Source of the DNA: a virus
Lineage: Duplodnaviria; Caudoviricetes
Strand: one strand, 5' to 3'
Virus record (IMG/VR): IMGVR_UViG_3300005286_000518
Location: 1 to 44,159 of that record
DNA: 44,159 nucleotides
The notes below the pieces were generated by a model. It saw nothing but the letters and a program-made list of their open reading frames with translations, made no database searches and had not been told where the DNA came from. Positions 28,074 through 38,039 of the stretch are shown here, in pieces; the stretch's first letter is position 1; each line of letters opens with the position of its first letter. Made by a program: the position numbers and the translations under genes.

Positions 28074-29264
28074 ATGGCAGTCCCTAACTTCTTCCAACGA
28101 CTCGGTAACTCCGTTGACCAACTCGGCACCAGCGCCAGTCTGCCGGAATTCGGCATCTCCGAATTACTTGCCGGACGCAAGGCGACCAAGAATACCTTCA
28201 ACTATGGTGGTAACGCCGACTATGGAACCTTGAACGGCGTCTCGACCGCCAACCAGTACTTTCGACCCGGTGGCGTTCCCGGCTATTCTCTTCCGCTGAA
28301 CCCGCCCCAGACGCAATCACAATCGGCTGAAGCTCCCGTTGATCCCTTCACCCTGGCTCTGCAAAACTTCGCCGCTACTGCCGCTCCCGGTACAGCTGGT
28401 GGCGGTGCTACCGCCGCGGCCGCTCCCGCCAACATGACGGAGCTCAATGGCCGCCTCTACAACTTGGACAACCCGGATGAGCGGATGCGCTACTTCCAGG
28501 ATGCTAACGCCGCGAACGTGGCGAGTGCCAATGACTCCTACAACCGCTCGATGCAAGAAATCGGCACCTCCCGGTCCAACCTGGAAAGCAATGCCTCCCG
28601 CTACCTGCAGCAATTGCGCGAGCGCAAGGCCCAGCTCCAGAGCGAGAAAGAGAACTACTTCGCGGACCTGGCCGAGCAGACCGGGGAGTTTCGCCAGAAC
28701 AAGTCCCTGGGGGACGTGAAGCGGGGTATGCAGTTCTCCTCCCTATCCCCCAACGCCTTCCAGAGCTCGCAAGCAACCTCCCAAGCCTACGCCGATGAGC
28801 AGCTACGCGCCGGCGAAGAAAAGCTAAAGTCGACCGGCGAAGAGGCGAACCAGAACTTCTTCCGTGCTTCTAACGACCTGGACTATGACGAGGGCCAGAG
28901 CCGCCGCCAGTACGAGCAGGACCTTTCCACCCTGGAGCGTCAGGCATCGGACGCGGCCCGCTCCCGCGACAACTACATTAATCAGGCCCGGGGGCAGATT
29001 GTGGGCAGTTTCGCCCCCACCGATCTGAGTCAGGGGGTAGACCTGTCCCGCTACGGCCTCAAAGCCTACAATCCGGTAGCCGCTCCCCAAGCCGACCTTT
29101 CCGGCTTTTCCAAGTTCACCAACTACGAATCCCTGGCCGCTTCTCCCGAGTCGCAAGCCCGCAGTGGCGTAAAGCTCCCTACCACTCAGGAAGAAGACCC
29201 GCTGGAGCAGTACCTGGGGTACGCCGGTCCCAAAGCCAAGAAAGTCACCAACTACTTTAAATAA
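28074..29264 (+). CDS. Putative internal virion/DNA ejection protein
   Basis: A/Q/N-rich coiled-coil protein after the tail genes. Confidence 0.65.
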   Translation: MAVPNFFQRLGNSVDQLGTSASLPEFGISELLAGRKATKNTFNYGGNADYGTLNGVSTANQYFRPGGVPGYSLPLNPPQTQSQSAEAPVDPFTLALQNFAATAAPGTAGGGATAAAAPANMTELNGRLYNLDNPDERMRYFQDANAANVASANDSYNRSMQEIGTSRSNLESNASRYLQQLRERKAQLQSEKENYFADLAEQTGEFRQNKSLGDVKRGMQFSSLSPNAFQSSQATSQAYADEQLRAGEEKLKSTGEEANQNFFRASNDLDYDEGQSRRQYEQDLSTLERQASDAARSRDNYINQARGQIVGSFAPTDLSQGVDLSRYGLKAYNPVAAPQADLSGFSKFTNYESLAASPESQARSGVKLPTTQEEDPLEQYLGYAGPKAKKVTNYFK

Positions 29265-29269
29265 CCTCC

Positions 29270-32200
29270 ATGGCTCAGCGCTTCAACGAATGGCTGAACA
29301 ACGCGAAGAAGAAAAATCTGGGACAAGAGGCCAAGCTTGCCGCCCGTGACACTATCGCCTCTCTGGGACAGGGGGCGGTCAATGCCTTCCGGGATATTGG
29401 GGTGGTGGGACTGGGCGCGGCCAAAGCCGCCCGCAAAGACACCACGCTTTCTCAGGGGATTGAGCAGGCCAACCGCGCACTTCCCCGCGCGTCCTTTGGT
29501 GACCGCGCTTTGCAGGACAGCGTTTCGCGCGGCATCATCTCTCAGCCCTTCGCCGGTAACTTTCAGACTGCCGCGGATATTGCCGGAGGCATCGCCCTTC
29601 CCGGATTCGGGAAGGTGGGCGCGATTGAGAAGGTCGCCTCTCCCTTGGCCCGTCTAGGAGCCTACTCTGCCCTGCGCGGGGTAGAAGGGGCGGCCATGAA
29701 TTCGATTAGTACCCTTTCCCAGACCGCCGATCCCAAACTTGCGCTAGATTCCGCCCGGCAGGGATTTTTGTTTGGCGCGGGCGGAAACGTGCTGGGCTCG
29801 CCGCTTCTCTTGAAACGGGGCATTGAGCATGCGGGTGGTCAGGTGCGCCTGGGCAAGAGCCTGCCACTGCTCAATAAGTCCGTGGCCGGTGAAGGGGTGA
29901 TCGCCTTCAGTGGGGACCGCAATAGAGCGGGGCGCTTCTCCAAGAAGGGTCAGATGCAGACCACCGTTCCCACCGAGACTCTGGACAACGCCGCTGCCTA
30001 CAGCCGCTTGAGCGGGGTGAAAAAACTTGATCCCCGGTTCCAGGAGACGATTCCTACAGGCCAGACCCGCTTTCTGCCCTCTCCCAGTGGGGCCGGTACT
30101 GCCTCAGTAAAAATGAGTCCGCAGATGGAAGACTTTGTACGCCGCAACTCCTTCATGACGGAGCGACCAGGAGCAGCCTCCCCCGCTCCTCGTACTGCGC
30201 CCGTCGAGGTACCAACGCCCAAACCTGTCGATGATCTGAAAGTGCACAAGTACTGGGAGAATGACGATCTGAACGCCGCCTATGGGGGAGCGGCCGGTAT
30301 TGAAATGGAAAAGCAGGAAGACGGTAGCTACAAGGTCGGGTTTGATCCCGCCAAAGCCGCGGCGGGCGTTGCCGTGATGGGGGGCGTGAAGCGATTAAAA
30401 GGAAAGCAAGCGCCTACGCTCGCGAAGACCTCTGCGCTGAACAGTGAGGGGATTCCGGTCTCCGGATTGGCCAAGATCGGTAGTGCCGGGGAGTCTCCGG
30501 TGAAGAGCACCCGCCAGCGCCTGGACAAGCTCTATTCCGAAGTAATCAACCGCTACCAGCCGCTGGAGGATCTGGCCAAGAAGGGCGGCAAGGATGAGGC
30601 CATGCGCCGGGCGCTCGCCGGTCACTACGGCGCGGGATCGACCAGCACCTACCACCTAGACTTTGAACTTAGCCCGCTTTTTGATCGCGTGGACGTAGAT
30701 GATCTGAAAGCCTACACCATCGCCCAGCGGGATATGGAGCTTGCCGAGCGAGGAATCAAGGGTTCGGATGCACTGGAGGCGGAAGACGCCCTTTCCGCGC
30801 TCTCCAAGAAGTACCAGGGGGACCTCTCCAACCTGGAGGAGACCGCCCAGAAGCTCTACGCCTACCAGGACAAACTGGTGCAGGAGTACCTGGTAAAGAC
30901 CGGCGTGCTCTCCGAAGAGGCGTACACCGCCATGCGTGCCAAGAATCAACGCTACATCCCGTTCAAGCGGGTGATGGATGAGGTAGACGACATGCTTGGC
31001 GTTCCGCCTACGGGGAAAGCCGTTGCCTCCGTCGGCTCCCAGAACGTGATTCAAAAGATTAAAGGAAGTGACCGGGCGATTGTCGACCCGCTGCAATCTA
31101 TCGTGGAGAACACCCACAAGATCGTGGCGCTCGGCAAGCGAAACGCGGTTGCCCGAACCCTGGTTTCCCTCAAGGATTCTCTGCCGGAAGGGATGATCCA
31201 GAAGTTCGATGGGGAAGTCGGCAGCAAGCCGGTGATCAGCGTCCTGGAGAACGGGAAGAAGACCCAGTACCTGGTGCCGGAAGAGGTAGCCCAAGCCGCC
31301 AAAGGGATGAATGAAGACCAGGTGTCGGCCATTGTCAAAATCTTCGCCAAGCCGACTGAGTGGTTCCGCGCCACCGCCACCAGCAACAACCCGGAATTCT
31401 TACTTCCCAACGTCTTCCGCGACGCGATCAGCGCCTTCCTCAATACCGGTGCTACCCCACTGGATACCGCCCGGGGCCTCAAGCACCTGGCCAAGAAGGA
31501 TGAGGTGTACCGCGACTTCCTGAAGAGCGGAGGGCGCACCAGCCGCATTTCTTTGGACAAGAAGAGCCTGCGCGAAACGGTAGACGACGTAGCTTACGTG
31601 ACCATCATCAATAGCCCCAAGAAGCTCTGGCAGATGTTCTCCGATGCTTCTGAGCAGCCGACCCGTATCGGTATTTTTGAACGCACCCTGAACCGCGAGC
31701 TGAAGAAGGGGACCGATCCCCAGGTAGCCCGTGAACTGGCCGCCGCTGCTTCCCAGGAGGGGACAACCAACTTCGCGCGCAAGGGCTCGGCCATGACCAG
31801 CGTGAACATGATGTACGCCTTCTTGAATGCGCGGGTCCAGGGTATCGACCAGATGCGCCGCTCCTTCCAGAAAGACCCCGCCGGATTTAGCACCCGTATG
31901 GCGTTCCTGGTGGGCGCTCCTTCCATTGCGCTCTACCTGCACAACCGGCAGGACCCGGCCTACTTTGATGAGAACGTGGTGCCCCAGTACGAGAAGGATC
32001 AGAACTTCATCATCATGGCTCCCTGGCTTGGGGAAGGCCGCTACATCAAGATTCCCAAGGGCGACGTTGGTAAACTGGCCAACCCCTTAGAGGCGGCCTT
32101 TAGTCAGATGGACGGACAGGGCGGCGACGTTCAGGCCCAGCTCTTGTCCGCACTCAAAGCCTTCTCCCCGGTGGACAACATGGGTGACGTGATCCCCACC

Positions 32201-33259
32201 GCCTTGCGCCCCATCGTGGAGAACGCCGCCAATAAGAATTTCTTCACCAACCGGGACATTGTGCCGGACTACAAGCAGGACTATCCCGCCCGCAAGCAGG
32301 ACACCAAGAACACCGCTCCCCTCTACCGCATGATCGGCGACACGGTGAATCAATCGCCCGCCCGGATCGAAAACCTGGCCCGTGGCTATTTAACGGGTGC
32401 CGCCCGCCTAGGTGAGATGGCTACCGCCCCTTCGCTCAAGGAGTACAGTACCGAGGCCAACGAGCAGGGTGATCCGATCAACCGCACCCCGATTGTGCGC
32501 CGCTTTGTGGGTGGCGCGAAGAAGAGTGAAGAAGAAGCCGCCCTTGCTTCCGAGAAACAGGCCAAGAGTATTCAGTTTCGGGTGAACGATATTAAGTCCG
32601 GGGTACGCCGCGGTGAACTGACCCCGGAAGAAGGGGCGTACCAGATCGATCAGTTGATGGGCGAGCAACCAACTGCTTCCGCTCCCAAAGGTGGCCTTTC
32701 TGCCAGCGCTTCTGCAGGCTCTGATCTGGAGCTTTCCCGCGCCAAATTTGATGTGCAGAACGGCCGGGCGGAACGGGTGCAGGTGGGTGACACGGTGATC
32801 CTGGCCGATCCTTCCAAGGAATCCGGGTACCGCACCGTCGATTTGAAAAAATTGGCCGAGCAGGTAGACACCAAGAAACGATCCATGGACCTTGCCGCCG
32901 CGAAAGAGACCGGAGACTACCCGACGTGGGAGAACCTGCAGAAGGACCGCTACAACGCCCTAGAGGAAGAAAAGAAAAGCCTGCATCCCGAGTTCGACAT
33001 ACTGCGCCTCCTGGAGATCGAAGAGACGCAAGGGACCATTGTGGGACAGGTGCAGAAGTACCGCTCCTACGGCGGTGCCTTCAAGAAGCCCAAGGCTCCT
33101 AAAAAGCTGAAGGTGCCCAAGGTTCCTAAAGCTTCCTCCCCGCGCCTGGGTTCTGTGGGATCAACGGCGACCAAGCGGATTCGCCTCTCTACCAATACGG
33201 CGCGTTCCGCGGGCAAGCCCCGTGCCCCGCGCATTAAAAACCTAAGTCACGGACGATGA
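29270..33259 (+). CDS. Large internal virion/ejection protein with LPD38-like region
   Basis: 1329 aa; YIPFKR, NPEFLLPNVFRD, TNFARKG, FLNARVQG, YIKIPKG, ENAANKNFFTNRDIVP, SPARIENLARGYL. Confidence 0.75.
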   Translation: MAQRFNEWLNNAKKKNLGQEAKLAARDTIASLGQGAVNAFRDIGVVGLGAAKAARKDTTLSQGIEQANRALPRASFGDRALQDSVSRGIISQPFAGNFQTAADIAGGIALPGFGKVGAIEKVASPLARLGAYSALRGVEGAAMNSISTLSQTADPKLALDSARQGFLFGAGGNVLGSPLLLKRGIEHAGGQVRLGKSLPLLNKSVAGEGVIAFSGDRNRAGRFSKKGQMQTTVPTETLDNAAAYSRLSGVKKLDPRFQETIPTGQTRFLPSPSGAGTASVKMSPQMEDFVRRNSFMTERPGAASPAPRTAPVEVPTPKPVDDLKVHKYWENDDLNAAYGGAAGIEMEKQEDGSYKVGFDPAKAAAGVAVMGGVKRLKGKQAPTLAKTSALNSEGIPVSGLAKIGSAGESPVKSTRQRLDKLYSEVINRYQPLEDLAKKGGKDEAMRRALAGHYGAGSTSTYHLDFELSPLFDRVDVDDLKAYTIAQRDMELAERGIKGSDALEAEDALSALSKKYQGDLSNLEETAQKLYAYQDKLVQEYLVKTGVLSEEAYTAMRAKNQRYIPFKRVMDEVDDMLGVPPTGKAVASVGSQNVIQKIKGSDRAIVDPLQSIVENTHKIVALGKRNAVARTLVSLKDSLPEGMIQKFDGEVGSKPVISVLENGKKTQYLVPEEVAQAAKGMNEDQVSAIVKIFAKPTEWFRATATSNNPEFLLPNVFRDAISAFLNTGATPLDTARGLKHLAKKDEVYRDFLKSGGRTSRISLDKKSLRETVDDVAYVTIINSPKKLWQMFSDASEQPTRIGIFERTLNRELKKGTDPQVARELAAAASQEGTTNFARKGSAMTSVNMMYAFLNARVQGIDQMRRSFQKDPAGFSTRMAFLVGAPSIALYLHNRQDPAYFDENVVPQYEKDQNFIIMAPWLGEGRYIKIPKGDVGKLANPLEAAFSQMDGQGGDVQAQLLSALKAFSPVDNMGDVIPTALRPIVENAANKNFFTNRDIVPDYKQDYPARKQDTKNTAPLYRMIGDTVNQSPARIENLARGYLTGAARLGEMATAPSLKEYSTEANEQGDPINRTPIVRRFVGGAKKSEEEAALASEKQAKSIQFRVNDIKSGVRRGELTPEEGAYQIDQLMGEQPTASAPKGGLSASASAGSDLELSRAKFDVQNGRAERVQVGDTVILADPSKESGYRTVDLKKLAEQVDTKKRSMDLAAAKETGDYPTWENLQKDRYNALEEEKKSLHPEFDILRLLEIEETQGTIVGQVQKYRSYGGAFKKPKAPKKLKVPKVPKASSPRLGSVGSTATKRIRLSTNTARSAGKPRAPRIKNLSHGR

Positions 33260-33423
33260 AGGAAGAGAAGACAGAAGAGGCGGTGAGCGAGTTCACCTAC
33301 GAGGAGCGGGCGAACACGGGCAAGTGCCGCCACGAGTACGTACCCACCGTTGCAAACGATGGGTGGAAGACCTACCTGTGCATCAAGTGCGGGCACGGCT
33401 ACGGGGAGAAGCAGGAGCAGTAG
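33256..33423 (+). CDS. Small Cys/His protein (55 aa)
   Basis: Manual translation with CRH..CIKC; ATGA overlap. Confidence 0.55.
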   Translation: MKEEKTEEAVSEFTYEERANTGKCRHEYVPTVANDGWKTYLCIKCGHGYGEKQEQ

Positions 33424-33480
33424 TTGTTTCCCCTGAGCTCATCGGTGTACCATAACCTTACTAACCCCTAAGCCACCCCC

Positions 33481-33726
33481 ATGGCCCTCATAGACAGCAT
33501 CCGCGCCGAAGTCGATAGCGAGATATTGGCCCAGCGCAACGAATTAACCCTCCGCAAGGTAGACTCTGCGCTCCAGAGCCTGAATGATCGCTTGACCAAC
33601 CCTCAAGAGAGATTGCAGCAATTGACTGATCGTTTCTGGCAGGAGATTGAAGCGCTCCAGGCCGAGCAAAACGAGCTGAATAACTTCCGCGCTTCCTTGG
33701 TCCCTTCTGAAGAAGTCCAGGGCTAA
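33481..33726 (+). CDS. Coiled-coil hypothetical protein
   Basis: 81 aa; C-rich start context. Confidence 0.7.
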   Translation: MALIDSIRAEVDSEILAQRNELTLRKVDSALQSLNDRLTNPQERLQQLTDRFWQEIEALQAEQNELNNFRASLVPSEEVQG

Positions 33727-33728
33727 AT

Positions 33729-34727
33729 GTGGAGCTCTCGCCCGATCTGCTCATTGACGCACTCCTGAAAGGCGCGGGCAGTCACCCCAAGGTGATCGCC
33801 TCGCCCGTTTTCCGCACCATGCTCACGATTGGTGGACTCCTCTGGGGCTCCTACAAATACGGACAGGTACGGGGGCGACAAGCCAAGACGGAGGAGCACG
33901 ACCGTGAGCAAGACCGGCGACTCGCCCTCTTAGAAGGTAAACCCCTCCCCATGTTCCCCCTCACTCACCGTAAAGTAAGTGGCTACAAGTTCGGAAAGCC
34001 CACCTGGTACACCCTGCGCCACCTGGGGACCGACTACGCTGCCACCTACGAACCCCTCTTTGCTCCCTTCGATGGGGAGATTCTGTGGCAGGGCTCTGGA
34101 CCCCAGGGCGGAAAGATGCTTTACTTCAGGCCGGATCACGACAACGTGATTATGCGCTTCTTGCACCTGTCCCAGTTCTCCGCTCCCAAAGGGCGCGTTG
34201 CCAAGGGACAGCAGATCGCCGTCACCGGCAACACCGGCTCCCTTACCACGGGTCCGCACCTGCACCTGGATATCAATGTGAACCCCAAAGCCTTGCTGCG
34301 CGGGGATCTCTCCTTCAAGAACTTCGTCGATCCAGAGAAGTACAACTGGGCCGGACCTACCGTGTTCATCCCGGTACGGGCCGATGAAGTCCTGGTGAAG
34401 CGCTACGACCCCTTCGATACCAACCTCAACTACCTGTCTAATAACATCCTTGATGCAAAAGGCAAGGTGATTGGGGAGCAGCCACTCCCCGAAGTGCAGC
34501 GCCTACAATCCTACCTAATCGAGAAGGGCTACATGAAACGTAGTGACCTCGACTGGAGAGGGCAGATCGGTGCGGGCTCTGGCTGGTACGGCATGAAGAC
34601 AAGTGAAGCGGTAGACCGTCTCCAAAAAGACAGTGATCCCGGACCTGTTATCAAAGCCTCAGACAGCTACTTCGGCTGGTTCTGGGATAAAACCCGTGAA
34701 AAAGCAAACAACCAACTAACCGTGTAA
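33729..34727 (+). CDS. M23 metallopeptidase endolysin with N-terminal membrane segment; probable internal start at 33951
   Basis: HLGTD, FLHLS, TGNTG..TTGPHLH; C-terminal EVQRLQSYL...YGMKT..AV..LQ peptidoglycan-binding-like region. Confidence 0.9.
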   Translation: MELSPDLLIDALLKGAGSHPKVIASPVFRTMLTIGGLLWGSYKYGQVRGRQAKTEEHDREQDRRLALLEGKPLPMFPLTHRKVSGYKFGKPTWYTLRHLGTDYAATYEPLFAPFDGEILWQGSGPQGGKMLYFRPDHDNVIMRFLHLSQFSAPKGRVAKGQQIAVTGNTGSLTTGPHLHLDINVNPKALLRGDLSFKNFVDPEKYNWAGPTVFIPVRADEVLVKRYDPFDTNLNYLSNNILDAKGKVIGEQPLPEVQRLQSYLIEKGYMKRSDLDWRGQIGAGSGWYGMKTSEAVDRLQKDSDPGPVIKASDSYFGWFWDKTREKANNQLTV

Positions 34728-34736
34728 CCATCCATC

Positions 34737-35069
34737 ATGGAACTCATCGACCTACAAACCCTCGTTCCGGAGATTCCTACAACACTACTTGTCACCTTCC
34801 TCCTGTATGCCATCGGACTCGCTCAGACCGCCCGTGAAATCATCAAGGCGAAGCGGAAGGGAGATTGGACCGTACCCTTCGTTATTGCTGTCTGTGTAGT
34901 CGGCATGGTAAGCGTCGCCGCCATTACTCCCGGCTTTAGCATCCTGTTCTCGATTGTCGTTGGTTTTGCAGCCGCCGGCGTCGTAAAGCTCACGAACTTT
35001 AAAAGTGGAAGTGACCAGAGCGACACCTCGGTTCCCGTACTCACGGATGCGCCTGTTATCGAGGGCTAA
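34737..35069 (+). CDS. Putative holin
   Basis: 110 aa with about three hydrophobic segments, directly after the endolysin. Confidence 0.65.
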   Translation: MELIDLQTLVPEIPTTLLVTFLLYAIGLAQTAREIIKAKRKGDWTVPFVIAVCVVGMVSVAAITPGFSILFSIVVGFAAAGVVKLTNFKSGSDQSDTSVPVLTDAPVIEG

Positions 35070-35579
35070 ATGACCGGCAAGACGCATGCCATCGGAGGGC
35101 TCACCACCCTCTGGCTGCTGCCCCTGGCCGCCGTAGATTCCTTTGGAGTCGCGGCGGCTTTTGCCGTATTAGGCGCACTGCTTCCCGACCTGGACGCGCC
35201 GATCAGCGAGCTTTCGGCCACAAGAATACTGGGGGTTCGCCCTTTGGTGCCCGTAGCCATCGTGGTCAATCGGCTCTTGGGACATAGAGGCGTGCTCCAT
35301 GCGCTACCGGGCTTATTCGTCTGCACACTCGTATGCTGGTGGCTGGTATTTATCGGCTGGTACATTCCGGCCGCCGCCATGCTGCTGGGCTTCATGAGCC
35401 ACCTTGCTCTCGACGCCTGCACGATCAGCGGCATCCCGTTTCTCTACCCGTTCAAAAAATCACGGCACCTACTGCCCGCCTACATGCGGGTGCGCACGGG
35501 GAGTGGGGCGGAGGACGTGGTGTTCTTGCTGCTCGCATTTATCGTGGTGATCCGCCTTATTGACTTTCTCTTTGTCTGA
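35070..35579 (+). CDS. YdjM-like membrane metal-dependent hydrolase
   Basis: MTGKTH, GALLPDLD, GHRGVLH, SHLALDACT..GIPFLYP. Confidence 0.9.
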   Translation: MTGKTHAIGGLTTLWLLPLAAVDSFGVAAAFAVLGALLPDLDAPISELSATRILGVRPLVPVAIVVNRLLGHRGVLHALPGLFVCTLVCWWLVFIGWYIPAAAMLLGFMSHLALDACTISGIPFLYPFKKSRHLLPAYMRVRTGSGAEDVVFLLLAFIVVIRLIDFLFV

Positions 35580-35986
35580 GCCCATACTGGCTGTGAATCA
35601 CCAAACAAATCATTCCCGTCAAGGCACTTCGGAGCTAAGGCCATGCGACGATACGCCACGACAGGGCCCAGGGAGTGAGGCGCGACGTGAATCATCGCTC
35701 TCGCAAAAGAGCCTAAGCGATCCCAGAAATGGGGTCGTTTTTGTTACTCTTTGCACTCCCCCACCGGTAAAAAAGCCCCTCTTCGACCCCTTTTCGGCCA
35801 TTACGTCTTACAATATTCTGAACCTGTAAAAAGGCAGTAGGGGGTGTCCCCCACCCCACCGAGAGGGCATTTTCGGGATGTGCTCTACCTGATGATGTGT
35901 CATCCAGGGCGAAGAGGGGGTAGGGGTGCCTTCTAGCCCTCTACGCGTGTGACCCCTTGTATAATGGTGCGAGTAGGAGGATCACG

Positions 35987-36574
35987 ATGCAGGTGCAGTA
36001 CAATTGGCCAATCGGCGCAGTCATCCTCGTTTTTGTCCTTGCTCTTTTCGGCTTCTTGTCGATTGCCTATCTAGTCATGGGCTGGTTCCTCGACAATGAG
36101 GGAACGCGCCGGGAATTTCGCCGGGGAGGTCGAGCATTCGGGGAATGGTTCCAAGACCGCTCCCGCCTCCGAAAAGGCCCGCCCACCATCATGGAGCAGC
36201 TGGATATCAAAACCAAGGATGATCTTCTCGACTTCACTAAGAAGATGGAATCGCAGGACATGGCCGAGGGCAGTATCTCCCAGGGCGTGACGGAATTTAT
36301 GTTCCGGGATGAGCACGGCAACTTCATCAAGCGCACTGTGAAGGACGTGGCGCACCAGGGCAACACCGAGCCGATCCGCGAAACCGCCGCCCGCGCCAAG
36401 GCCGCAGAAATCGCCCAGGAACAAAAGCGGGCGGTGCATGAGGCGACCCAAGCTCCGGTGCAGCAGGCGGTGGATACCGTGGAGCTCGCCCACAACATCA
36501 CCACCGAACTCTTGGACGCCAACGGCAACACGATTGCCCCGAATGCCGGTGCATACAAAAAGGAGCCCTCGTAG
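35987..36574 (+). CDS. Membrane-anchored hypothetical protein
   Basis: TATAAT at 35960, SD AGGAGG, N-terminal TM helix; start taken at ATG 35987. Confidence 0.75.
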   Translation: MQVQYNWPIGAVILVFVLALFGFLSIAYLVMGWFLDNEGTRREFRRGGRAFGEWFQDRSRLRKGPPTIMEQLDIKTKDDLLDFTKKMESQDMAEGSISQGVTEFMFRDEHGNFIKRTVKDVAHQGNTEPIRETAARAKAAEIAQEQKRAVHEATQAPVQQAVDTVELAHNITTELLDANGNTIAPNAGAYKKEPS

Positions 36575-36588
36575 GCTCCTTGCTTTTT
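36557..36588. terminator. Bidirectional terminator
   Basis: AAGGAGCC/GGCTCCTT stem with flanking A and T runs between convergent genes. Confidence 0.65.
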
Positions 36589-36937
36589 ACGCTTCCTCTT
36601 CGTAGTCCCAGCTCCCCAGGATCTTTGTCTCTCCATCATCACCACCCATTTGCAGGTGGACGATCTCGGCATACTCAGAATTGCGTGCCGACTCAATGAA
36701 CTGCTCACGCACCTTGTCGCCTTCATCGCTCTGCGGCCAGCCTTCCTTACTGCCATCCGGTCCGAAAAAGTAAGTGATGTTGTCGCCGTTGACCGGGGTA
36801 TGGAGCGGCCCGGCAATGAGTGAGTCGGCAAACTCGCTACTCATGCGAAGTTTCTCAATCATCTCTATGGCATAGCCTCTCCCTTTCCCGTATCTGGGTA
36901 TATGGGCGATGACGTACTCATTCTTGATGTATCCCAT
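36587..36937 (-). CDS. Hypothetical phage protein
   Basis: 116 aa with PDGSKEGW..SDEGD motif. Confidence 0.75.
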   Translation of the reverse strand: MGYIKNEYVIAHIPRYGKGRGYAIEMIEKLRMSSEFADSLIAGPLHTPVNGDNITYFFGPDGSKEGWPQSDEGDKVREQFIESARNSEYAEIVHLQMGGDDGETKILGSWDYEEEA

Positions 36938-36954
36938 CGTTTTTCATTAACTCA

Positions 36955-37314
36955 TTAATTGTGGATTTCGATTGCTCCCTCTCGCGCCCAGACCTTGCGC
37001 ATGGGACCGTACTCGGCGATGTGCGAATCCTCGGTCACCAGCGCGTCCTTAAAGGCTTTGACTAAGTTATCGAGGTCCGGCTTGCTCCGATGCGGCTGCC
37101 CGTTCATGGCGGCCTTTTTCTTTTGGCTCCAACTGGCGGGCATGGGCAGGTGGAAGGTGAGGGAGAGCGGTTCGGCGAGCGTGTAGGTAGCTGCCTTAGC
37201 CTCGGCGCGCAAGTGATCGCGGAAGGCCCGGTAGCGCACCACGCAGTCGCGGGGACGCCAGGCGTCGGATCGGGTCTGGCGCACCGCCCCCATGGGGTTA
37301 ACGGGGAGAAGCAT
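36955..37314 (-). CDS. rusA: RusA-family Holliday junction resolvase
   Basis: PMPASWS..KK, KPDLDNLVKAFKDAL..EDSHI. Confidence 0.9.
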   Translation of the reverse strand: MLLPVNPMGAVRQTRSDAWRPRDCVVRYRAFRDHLRAEAKAATYTLAEPLSLTFHLPMPASWSQKKKAAMNGQPHRSKPDLDNLVKAFKDALVTEDSHIAEYGPMRKVWAREGAIEIHN

Positions 37315-37441
37315 AGGGTCCGGCTAGTTTGAAATGGATACTGGGGTATTGATCGGCCTTGTCGCCCACGGTCTCCACCCAGAGGAAGAGGCCAAGGAGC
37401 AAGAGAAATGCCGCCGCGATGCAGAGGATCAGGCGTTTCAT
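37298..37441 (-). CDS. Small membrane protein (47 aa)
   Basis: Manual translation MKRLILCIAAAFLLLLGLFLWVE...; fills an operon gap. Confidence 0.5.
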   Translation of the reverse strand: MKRLILCIAAAFLLLLGLFLWVETVGDKADQYPSIHFKLAGPYASPR

Positions 37442-37767
37442 GGCTCGGCGGGGTGACTGGCAATTTCTTCGGGGTCGGGCAGCTGAGGAAAGCGCATGCG
37501 GTAGACCGGCGGGCTCATCAATTCCGCGCCCCTCGGCATAGCAACTCTCAGCATCCCGGATTCCTTGCGCTCCAAGATTGTGCCGGGCGTATGTTCACTG
37601 GCCGGCGTCTCATTACTCCAGGAAGGGCGGGGAGCGGTACTGTTGGTCACGAACTTGCGGTTGCCACCCTCCTGCTGGGCGAGCAGATAGGCGTAGAGCT
37701 GCTGCAAATATTCGTTGAGGTAGGTGCCGTCCTTTCTATCGGGATCGGGCGGGGGCGGTAGCTTCAT
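37438..37767 (-). CDS. Hypothetical protein
   Basis: 109 aa; C-rich start context. Confidence 0.6.
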   Translation of the reverse strand: MKLPPPPDPDRKDGTYLNEYLQQLYAYLLAQQEGGNRKFVTNSTAPRPSWSNETPASEHTPGTILERKESGMLRVAMPRGAELMSPPVYRMRFPQLPDPEEIASHPAEP

Positions 37768-37777
37768 GGGGAGATGA

Positions 37778-38011
37778 TTAGGCGGCTATAAACACGAGGG
37801 TAAGGGCCAAGACCAGGACGGCGACGCCGAGCCACGGGGGGACTTTGAAACTGCCGGGGATCTCGTACCAGTGCTGCACCACCCACAAGAGAAACATCCC
37901 GATCACCACCGCCACGACCAGCACCCCCTCCAGGACGGCTTTCAGGACTGTTACAAGGGGGTGTGGGGGCTGGGGACGGTAGTAGCGGTGAGTTGGGCGG
38001 CGGCGCTGCAC
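37778..38011 (-). CDS. Small membrane protein
   Basis: Two hydrophobic segments. Confidence 0.6.
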   Translation of the reverse strand: MQRRRPTHRYYRPQPPHPLVTVLKAVLEGVLVVAVVIGMFLLWVVQHWYEIPGSFKVPPWLGVAVLVLALTLVFIAA

Positions 38012-38039
38012 AAAAGGGCTTAGGGGGCTTGCAGACGCA

